Positions 17,324-24,648 of a stretch of 59,665 nucleotides of DNA are shown in pieces; the first letter of the stretch is position 1; each line of letters starts with the position of its first letter. The DNA comes from an uncultured Klebsiella sp. Lineage in GTDB: Bacteria; Cyanobacteriota; Cyanobacteriia; PCC-6307; Cyanobiaceae. A program made the translations under genes and the position numbers. The stretch covers positions 1 through 59,665 of the forward strand of contig CAZJIF010000001.1 of assembly GCA_964546045.1 (NCBI GenBank). The letters run 5' to 3'. The notes below the pieces were generated by a model. That model made no database searches. It saw only the letters and a program-made list of their open reading frames with translations, and had not been told where the DNA came from.

Positions 17324-17692
17324 GTGTTTGAACTCGAAACCGTGCTGGCTTTCGGCGTGGGTGCCGGGCTGGTCGCACTGGCTCCAATGGTGCGTCGCCT
17401 GGGCAATCCCCAGCTCGGTGATTCGATGAACCACGTGGGCCGCTCGATGGCCAAAGGCGGTATCAAGGTCGGCGTCACCGTGGCCGGCGCTGCAGGCAAT
17501 GCCGCCCGCAGCGTGGCCCGCCATGCCGCAGAAGCTGCCGAGTCCCTGGGTGATCTGGTGGCCGAGGCCCGCACCGAACTGGAGACCGCCGTTGTGGACA
17601 CCCCCGTCGTGGACGCTCCGGCCGCAAGCAAGAAACCCGCCACCGGCCGCACCAAGAAGCAGGTGAGCGTCACGGATGTGACCGTCGAATAA
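17324..17692 (+). CDS. Small membrane protein, DUF5132-like (122 aa), copy 2
   Basis: GTG start. MFELETVLAFGVGAGLVALAPMV...AESLGDLVAEARTELETA is a paralogue of 15421-15714, with an extra Pro/Val/Lys-rich tail. Confidence 0.7.
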   Translation: MFELETVLAFGVGAGLVALAPMVRRLGNPQLGDSMNHVGRSMAKGGIKVGVTVAGAAGNAARSVARHAAEAAESLGDLVAEARTELETAVVDTPVVDAPAASKKPATGRTKKQVSVTDVTVE

Positions 17693-17758
17693 GCATCACG
17701 CTCTGTCAGCTGACGGCGCAACAGTTCACGTTTTTCTCTCACCCCGCCCTTCTGGTCC

Positions 17759-20290
17759 GTGCTTGCTGAAGAGTCGCCCCGGCTGCGCCGCCCCGGACGC
17801 GTTCATACCTCGACAGAGCGTCCCCGGCTTGTCCCTGTTCCCCTGAGCCTGGCGAGCAACGGTGACACAGGGCATCAACAGCCTCAGCTGATCTGCGGTT
17901 TGGTGCATGCCAGTGGCACCAGAATCCGGCTGCGGATCGATGCCGAACCCCTTGCCCAGCAGCGACTGCACGCGGCGCTGAAAGCCAAGCCCGAGATTGC
18001 CCAGGTCCGGATCAACAGCCTGGCCTGCAGCTGCGTGATCCAGTTCAGGGATCGTCAGGCCACCCCTGCGACGGACGCGGCCCTGAACGCGTGGCTCGGG
18101 CAGCTGCCGATTGCGATCGATGGCACTGAAGCCAGCACCGCAAAGCCCACCGGCACCGGGCCTGACGAGGAGGAGGACGCATTCGTTCCCTCACGCATCA
18201 TCCTGCCGGTCAGCTCCCTGGCTCTGGCCCTGCTGGCCGGCCCCCTGGCCCTGCCCCCGCTGGCCGTTGCTGGATTCATCCTGGTCTCGGCTCACCTGAG
18301 CTTCAAACGGGCCTGGGCCGGTCTGAAGCAGGAACGCAAGATCAACGTCGACTTTCTCGACGCCCTCGCCGTCACCCTGCACAGCCTGGAAGGGTTCCTG
18401 GTCGGCCCCGCGCTGATGATCAGCATGATCGAGGGTGGCGAAGCAGTGCGCGATGCCACCCAGCGCATCGCCCACTCGGCCAACACCGACCTGCTGGCCA
18501 GCCTGCAGGCCGATGTGCGCCGGTTGCGCAGCGACGGCAGCGACGAGATCGTTCCCAGCACCGACCTGGTGGCCGGCGACCGAGTTCTGTTCTTTCCGGG
18601 CGACAGCATCCCCATCGACGGCGTGATCGACAGCGGCGAAGGCAGCTTCGACGTGGTCAAGCTCACCGGCGAATCGGTGCCCCGCCATGCAGTGGCCGGC
18701 GATGAGGTGTTGGCTGGATTCATCCTGCTCGAAGGGTCCCTGGTGGTCGAGATCCGCGCGGTGGGCGATGACACCCGGATCGGCCAGATCACGGCGATGA
18801 TCGAATCAGCCCCCGTCTACGACACCCGGGTTGGCAATTTTGCCGCCAAGATCGCCAACCGATTCGTCATGCCGACCCTGCTGCTTGCAGGCGTCTCACT
18901 GTTGCTCAGCGCAGGCAATGTGGCCCAGGCCGCATCCCTGCTGATGTTCGACCTGGGAACCGGCCTGCGCGTCTCGGTGCCCACGGCGATCATGGCTGCC
19001 CTGACCCGCGCCGGCTCTCAGGGTCTGTTGATCCGCAGCGGCCGAGCCCTCGAGCAACTGGTCGACATCGATGTCGTGGTCTTCGACAAGACCGGCACCC
19101 TGACCCAGGGCCATCCCTCGGTGGTGCATGTCGATGTGCTCCACAGCGAACTGTCGCGCGAACGGCTCACCTGGCTGGCCACCACGGCAGAACAGGGCCT
19201 GAACCATCCAGTGGCAACGGCGATCGTCGATTACGCCGAGGTCCAGGGGCTGCAGCCCGGGACCTGCGACAGCTGGGATTACCGCATCGGCAAGGGCGTC
19301 AGCGCGGTGATCGATGGTCACCGGGTCCTGATCGGCAACGCCAAGATCCTGCGCGACGAATCGCTGGACGTTCCCGAGCTTCACCCCGAACAGGCCCTGC
19401 GCTCGTCGACACCGATCTATCTGGCGGTCGACGATGTGGTGGCGGCGGTCTTTTATGCCGCCGACCAACTGCGGCCGGACAGCCGTGATCTGGTTGCCGA
19501 ACTGCACCGACGGGGCATTCAGGCCCACATGCTGACCGGCGATGTGGCCAGTGTCGCCAATGCCGTGGCCGCCGAGCTTGGCCTTCAGCCCGATGAGGTT
19601 CATGCCGAGGCACTGCCGGATCAGAAGGCCGAACTCGTCAAACAACTCAGCGAGCAGGGGCACAAGGTGGCGTTTGTCGGCGACGGCATCAACGATTCGG
19701 CGGCACTGGCCTATGCCGATGTGTCGATCTCATTTGCCTCCGGCAGTGATCTGGCGCGGGAGACCGCCGACATCGTGCTCACCAACGACAAGGTCTCAGG
19801 CCTGATCACCGCCCAGGATCTGGCCAAGCGCACCTTTGCCCTGGTGAAGCAGAACATCAGCATTGTGGGTGTCCCGAACCTGTCGGCCCTGGTGATCGGC
19901 ACGTTTGTGCCGGTCAGTCCGATTGCGGCTGTGCTGCTGAACAACGGCTCCTGCCTCGTGGCAGCCGCCAATGCGCTGAGAACGCTGGGCTTCACCCCCA
20001 GCCCACTGCCCCAAGCCGATGCGGCAGCCTCCGGTTCCGAGGCCGTGGTTGCCGTTGACGTGGTGGCCAACACACCTGCGCAGAGCGAAGCAATCCGCAG
20101 GGAACAGCCGGCAGAACCGCTCAACCTGACGACCCAGGCCCTTGCCAAGCGCCTGGGCACCTCCCATCAGACCGTCAGCGCCCGCCGCCGCCGTGGTGAT
20201 CTGGCGGACTGGAGCCGCAGCCTCGATCCCGAAGGTCGGTCCTGGACCCAGGAATCCGCCAGCGGCCGCTATGTGAGCATCAGCGCCTGA
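17759..20290 (+). CDS. P-type ATPase of P1B (heavy-metal) architecture with an HMA-like N-terminus and no CxxC or CPx motifs
   Basis: Catalytic motifs are present: TGES (KLTGESVP), DKTGT (19085-19099), NHP (SEHP-type), MLTGD and GDGINDSAAL. The start is uncertain because no in-frame ATG occurs before codon 220; GTG 17759 or TTG/GTG near 17899-17904 are candidates. Confidence 0.8.
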   Translation: MLAEESPRLRRPGRVHTSTERPRLVPVPLSLASNGDTGHQQPQLICGLVHASGTRIRLRIDAEPLAQQRLHAALKAKPEIAQVRINSLACSCVIQFRDRQATPATDAALNAWLGQLPIAIDGTEASTAKPTGTGPDEEEDAFVPSRIILPVSSLALALLAGPLALPPLAVAGFILVSAHLSFKRAWAGLKQERKINVDFLDALAVTLHSLEGFLVGPALMISMIEGGEAVRDATQRIAHSANTDLLASLQADVRRLRSDGSDEIVPSTDLVAGDRVLFFPGDSIPIDGVIDSGEGSFDVVKLTGESVPRHAVAGDEVLAGFILLEGSLVVEIRAVGDDTRIGQITAMIESAPVYDTRVGNFAAKIANRFVMPTLLLAGVSLLLSAGNVAQAASLLMFDLGTGLRVSVPTAIMAALTRAGSQGLLIRSGRALEQLVDIDVVVFDKTGTLTQGHPSVVHVDVLHSELSRERLTWLATTAEQGLNHPVATAIVDYAEVQGLQPGTCDSWDYRIGKGVSAVIDGHRVLIGNAKILRDESLDVPELHPEQALRSSTPIYLAVDDVVAAVFYAADQLRPDSRDLVAELHRRGIQAHMLTGDVASVANAVAAELGLQPDEVHAEALPDQKAELVKQLSEQGHKVAFVGDGINDSAALAYADVSISFASGSDLARETADIVLTNDKVSGLITAQDLAKRTFALVKQNISIVGVPNLSALVIGTFVPVSPIAAVLLNNGSCLVAAANALRTLGFTPSPLPQADAAASGSEAVVAVDVVANTPAQSEAIRREQPAEPLNLTTQALAKRLGTSHQTVSARRRRGDLADWSRSLDPEGRSWTQESASGRYVSISA

Positions 20291-20295
20291 AGCCG

Positions 20296-20841
20296 ATGCA
20301 CGCGCTGGACTGCCTGCAAACGGTCCACAGCAGCCCGGGCCGACTGCGTTACCGACTCCGTGCAGCCAAGCCAATCCCCTGGCCCGAACTGCAGCGGGAG
20401 CTGGATCAACGGTTGACCGGACTGCCCATCTACTGGCGTCTCACCCCGGGGGCCTGTTCAGTGCTGTTGGTGTACCGCCCACCACACGACGACCTGAGCG
20501 ATGGACCCGACGTCGCCGCAGCCATCCTGCGCCAGGCCAGCCAACGGTTGATCGCCGCCCTGGAGGCATGCGGCGTCACCCCCGCCGCACCCGAGCTGAT
20601 CGAGATCCGAACCCAGCAGCACAACAACCGGCTAGCAGCATTGCAAGCCTTGGGATCAGGCCTGATCAATGGACTCTCGGCAGGGGTGAGTCTGCTGCTG
20701 GTGGCCCTGGCCAGCCTGCTCATCCTGCTGGGCAGCCTGGGGTTGATGGTTCCCTGGGGCCCTGGCAGCCTGCTGCTGCTGCTGGCCTATGGATTGGTGG
20801 AGCTGGCCCTGTGGGTGCGCCAACCGTTCGTCAACGCCTGA
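20296..20841 (+). CDS. HMA-like (no CxxC) module fused to a two-TM YbaN/DUF454-like tail
   Basis: ATG lies 5 nt after the ATPase stop. N-terminus VHSSPGRLRYRLR...PGACSVLLVY. The C-terminal LLGSLGLMVPWGPGSLLLLLAYGL parallels the tail of the 15738-16244 protein. Confidence 0.65.
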   Translation: MHALDCLQTVHSSPGRLRYRLRAAKPIPWPELQRELDQRLTGLPIYWRLTPGACSVLLVYRPPHDDLSDGPDVAAAILRQASQRLIAALEACGVTPAAPELIEIRTQQHNNRLAALQALGSGLINGLSAGVSLLLVALASLLILLGSLGLMVPWGPGSLLLLLAYGLVELALWVRQPFVNA

Positions 20842-22339
20842 CGACAGGCTGAACCAAAGTCGCAGTCACATCGCGCAAGGGGATCGACGGATGCCCCCAG
20901 CCCTCGGTGGGCAGAGCCCCATTCGAAGCAAACCAGGCCAGGATCAGGGCATCGAGGGGCGATTCGATCGCAGCAGTCGCAGGGGCACGCAGGTTGAAGT
21001 GATCGCCACCCTCAGCCAGCACCAGCCGATGGTTGCCGATGCCGGTGTTGAGCGCCATGCGCCGCAGCGGCTCGATCGCTTCGGGCCCCGCCGGCACCAC
21101 CCAGTCCCGGGAGCCGCTGACCACGAGCGCGGAGGCATGCATGGCTCCGGCCGCACCGGGAGCGAACAACAGGCGCATCGGCGGGCTGACGGCCACAACC
21201 GCCGTGACACGCCGGTCAGCGAGGGCAGCCTGGTCGGCAGCACCAAGAAAACTGCACTGCAGCACCCAGCTGAGGTTGTGGGCAGGATCCTTGAGGTTGT
21301 TGCACTCCTCACGCAACAGCCTCGAACTGGGGGTGACACCCGCGAGCTGCAGCACCGTCGTGGCACCCCAGGAGTGGCCGGCCGCCAGCACCCGGGTGGT
21401 ATCAACCCTGGTGCTGAGGCCAAGGCGACCATCAGCCGCCGCGTCGATCAGGGCTGACACGTCCTTGGGACGCTGCTTCAGCTCCTCGGGACCGGGCGGC
21501 GCTGTCTTACCGGCCAGCATGGCGTGTTGCTGCGCCGCATCGCTGCCCGGATGCTCGGGCAGGACCACCGTGTAGCCATGACTGGCCAGATGGTGGGCCC
21601 AGGACTCGAAATTCGCAGGGCTGTCCCACAACCCGTGGGAAACCACCACCAACCGGCCGTTGCCTCCCGACACCGGTTCGATCACCACACCCCGCAAACG
21701 CACAGGCCGATGACTGACCGCCAGGTCAAAGCTGCGACGACGGTGGGCCACGGGGCCACGCGTGCTGAAACGGCCCGATTGCGCCGCGGGCTGAGCCGCC
21801 AACAGCGGAACGGCTGCCGCCTGCTGACGCTGCAGGCGCGTCAGGGCTGCTAGCAGGCGATTGAGATCCACGGTGGCCGTTCTGCCGGGCACAGCCGCCA
21901 GCACATCCGCCAGGCTGAGGGTCCCGTCGTTGGCGGCGGCCTGTCGCAGGGCCAGTTCCAGTTCTTCTCTGCCGGTGGTGGGCGGAGCGGAGAGGCCGTC
22001 GACATCTCCCAGAGCTGCGATCAGCAACAACACCTGATCCAGCAGGGAACTGCCCTGGGCCACCCGTGCCAGCGAACCCAGCTGCAACGGCAGGGCTGAA
22101 TCCAGCAACGTGGCCAGCTGCCGGCCGATCGCGCCATTGGTGGCGCGGTTCAGCTCGGCCAGGTCGCTGTTTCCAGCAGCCAGCGATCGGGGATCGCGCA
22201 GATCGGAGACCTTCAGCGTGAAGGCCTCCGGGATCATCGGCAGCTTGATCCGGATCGTCTCGAGGGCGCGGGCAGGAGCCGCCGTCAGCGTCGCCAACAC
22301 CAGGCCTGCCATCAGGCGAAAGGCGCGCTGCACGTGCAT
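20831..22339 (-). CDS. Secreted alpha/beta hydrolase with a DUF1400-like N-terminal domain
   Basis: ATG 22339 gives a signal peptide (MHVQRAFRLMAGLVLATLTAAPARA). ETIRIKLPMIPEAFTLKVSDL is DUF1400-like. Nucleophile elbow GHSWG. Confidence 0.65.
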   Translation of the reverse strand: MHVQRAFRLMAGLVLATLTAAPARALETIRIKLPMIPEAFTLKVSDLRDPRSLAAGNSDLAELNRATNGAIGRQLATLLDSALPLQLGSLARVAQGSSLLDQVLLLIAALGDVDGLSAPPTTGREELELALRQAAANDGTLSLADVLAAVPGRTATVDLNRLLAALTRLQRQQAAAVPLLAAQPAAQSGRFSTRGPVAHRRRSFDLAVSHRPVRLRGVVIEPVSGGNGRLVVVSHGLWDSPANFESWAHHLASHGYTVVLPEHPGSDAAQQHAMLAGKTAPPGPEELKQRPKDVSALIDAAADGRLGLSTRVDTTRVLAAGHSWGATTVLQLAGVTPSSRLLREECNNLKDPAHNLSWVLQCSFLGAADQAALADRRVTAVVAVSPPMRLLFAPGAAGAMHASALVVSGSRDWVVPAGPEAIEPLRRMALNTGIGNHRLVLAEGGDHFNLRAPATAAIESPLDALILAWFASNGALPTEGWGHPSIPLRDVTATLVQPVVRR

Positions 22340-22356
22340 GGGAAATCTGAGCCTGC

Positions 22357-22376
22357 AGGCGCATTCTGACCTTGGC
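22357..22376. promoter_or_regulatory. Inverted repeat tgacctt-N6-aaggtca in the divergent region between the hydrolase and pseudo-ATPase genes
   Basis: Read directly. 22357-22363 tgacctt is the reverse complement of 22370-22376 aaggtca. Confidence 0.25.
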
Positions 22377-22443
22377 CCGAAGGTCACGTCGCCAGAGCAG
22401 CCACCGGAGGCTTCTGCCATACCGGAACGCCGTCATCACTGCG

Positions 22444-24648
22444 ATGATGACCCTTGTCATCTCCGCTTCATCGATGGCTTCGCCTGCAGCAGTTGCAGAG
22501 GCCGCCACTGGAATGACCTGGACAGTCGCCAGTGATCTGCCGGGTCGTCTCAGAGTGCGCAGTGAGGACCTGGTCGCCTCGCCCCTGCTGCGCCATCACT
22601 GCAAGCTGGTGCTGACCAGCTGTCACTGGCTGGTTCAGTTCAGGATCAACCCCTTGGCGGGCAGCCTCTGCGTCGGCTACCCCCAGCACCGCCGCCATGA
22701 ACTGCTCGCTCTGCTCGAGCAGGCCTTGCGCCTGAACACCGCGGACGATGGACTGGCGCCACTGCCACCAGCGCCATTCTCAGGAGCGCGGGTCAGGCGG
22801 ACCCTGGTGCATGGAGCAGCCTGCCTGGCTTTGATCAGCTTTGAAAGCGTCCTGGCCGTGCCGACGGTGGTGATGGTTGGCCTCAGCTCGGTGCTGCTGC
22901 TGCCGCTGGCTCGTGAGGTGCTGCACCAACTGCGGCGGCGCAAGCTCACCGTCGAAAGTCTGGAACTCAGCTTTTCTGGTCTTCTGGTCAGTCAGGGACT
23001 CACCGGAGAGGCCCTGCTGGATCTGGCGATCGGTGATGCGGTCGAGGTCGCCCAGAGCGCCGTTGAGCGCGACGATCTCGACCTCAATGCCGACCATGTG
23101 CTGCAACGTCTCGGCGAGCGGGTCAGCCTCAAGTCGGTTGACGACAGCGGGCAGACCCTGTCTGTCTTGCTCAGGGATGTGGACCTGGGCCTCACCATCC
23201 GCATTGAGCGCCGCGAGCACTGTTTGCTCTCAGCACGGCTGCTCAACGGTGAACTGATCGTCGTCAACCGGCTGGTTGATGGCGACTGGCGGCCCCAACG
23301 GCTGCGCCAGGGGGATCTGCTCGAATCTGGTGCCCTGGTGATCTTCGGTGAGGCAGAAGCCAGAATCGAGCAATGCATCCATACGGATCCTGCCTATAGC
23401 CTTCTGCGGGACCATTCAGCCAAGGCAAAGCAGGACCCCACGGGTGCCGAGCTTTGGGTCCACCGGTACAAACGGGTGATGCCGCCCCTGCTGCTGAGCC
23501 TGGGCGGTGTGATGTTGTCAGTCGGGTCGACCGACGCAGCCCTGGCCGCCTTTCAGTTCAACCCACTGAGTGACTGGGAGGAGCAGAAACTGGCATCCCA
23601 ATTCACAACCATTGCCGATCTGAACCTTCACAAGCTGAGGATTCGCAAACCTGCTTCGATCGAGGACATCGGCAAGATCCGCCACCTGGTGATCAGCCGC
23701 AGCTGCCTGGACCGGATCGGGGGCATCCAGGTGCGCGAACAGATCCACGACCCCGCCCGGACCGCAACCGGTTCCCTGGTCCAACTTCTGGCAGGCATTC
23801 AACACTGGATCTGCGGCAACGACGGCGCCGCTCTCTGGTCAACACAATTGCAGAAGGTGGCTGATCCTGTTGTTGTTGAACACGTCGAGATCCGGCAACT
23901 TCACGAAGGGTGGACCATCACCGCAGCTGATGGCCGCTGCTGGCAACTGCGGCAACAGGCCATGGACCCAGGCAAACGCTGCCACACCCATCTCAATCCC
24001 CTCGAAGTCTGGCAGGACGAGACACTGTTGGGGATTGTGGACCTGCTCAGTGAACCCGACCACCATTGGCAGGCCACCTGCCAAAGCCTGCGAGAGCTGG
24101 GCATTGAGATTCATCTGATCACCGCGGAAGAGGTGGAACGGCTGGATGAGATTGCCGGGCCTCTGGGCATTGACCAAGATCACTGCTATGGGTCATTCAC
24201 AGCCCTGGACCGGCTGGAGTTGGTGCAGCGGCTTCAGCAGAGTGGTCAGGGAGTGGGCTACATCGGCTATGTGTTGCACGATCTGCCGGCCCTGGCCCAG
24301 GCAGACGTCTCCCTTGGTTTGGACGTCGATGATGACAGCCGTTATTTGTCGACCATCTGCGACCTGTCGCTCGGCTCAGACGCACTCTGGTTGCCGCGCC
24401 TGATCAAGATCAGCCGCAGCATGCAACGGGCCTCCGACCAGAATTTCAGCCTGCTGGCCGCCTCCCAGGTGTTGGCCTCCTTGGCTACAGCTGCCGGTTG
24501 GATCGTTCCCCTGCAGACCGTGTTGCTGAGCGATGTCCCGCTGCTACTCGCTGAACTCAACAACCTACTGGCGCTGCAGGCTCCTAAACAGCTGGCGGCT
24601 GAGCAGCCAGCAACCGTCGGTGCAAAGCCGGCAAGATCAGGCTCTTGA
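22444..24648 (+). CDS. Catalytically degenerate P-type-ATPase paralogue (pseudo-ATPase) with an HMA-like N-terminus
   Basis: Collinear with the 17759-20290 protein, but DKTGT is SRSCL (23695-23709), TGD is TAE, GDGIND is GYVLHD (24265-24282), and TGES is absent. Start candidates are ATG 22444, 22474 or 22513; the track start is TTG 22372. Confidence 0.65.
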   Translation: MMTLVISASSMASPAAVAEAATGMTWTVASDLPGRLRVRSEDLVASPLLRHHCKLVLTSCHWLVQFRINPLAGSLCVGYPQHRRHELLALLEQALRLNTADDGLAPLPPAPFSGARVRRTLVHGAACLALISFESVLAVPTVVMVGLSSVLLLPLAREVLHQLRRRKLTVESLELSFSGLLVSQGLTGEALLDLAIGDAVEVAQSAVERDDLDLNADHVLQRLGERVSLKSVDDSGQTLSVLLRDVDLGLTIRIERREHCLLSARLLNGELIVVNRLVDGDWRPQRLRQGDLLESGALVIFGEAEARIEQCIHTDPAYSLLRDHSAKAKQDPTGAELWVHRYKRVMPPLLLSLGGVMLSVGSTDAALAAFQFNPLSDWEEQKLASQFTTIADLNLHKLRIRKPASIEDIGKIRHLVISRSCLDRIGGIQVREQIHDPARTATGSLVQLLAGIQHWICGNDGAALWSTQLQKVADPVVVEHVEIRQLHEGWTITAADGRCWQLRQQAMDPGKRCHTHLNPLEVWQDETLLGIVDLLSEPDHHWQATCQSLRELGIEIHLITAEEVERLDEIAGPLGIDQDHCYGSFTALDRLELVQRLQQSGQGVGYIGYVLHDLPALAQADVSLGLDVDDDSRYLSTICDLSLGSDALWLPRLIKISRSMQRASDQNFSLLAASQVLASLATAAGWIVPLQTVLLSDVPLLLAELNNLLALQAPKQLAAEQPATVGAKPARSGS

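Noticed and set aside
17705-17714. 10-bp perfect palindrome gtcagctgac between the DUF5132 copy 2 gene and the ATPase
   Set aside because: It is too short and loop-less to call a terminator or operator, it contains the common CAGCTG core, and there is no flanking U-tract.
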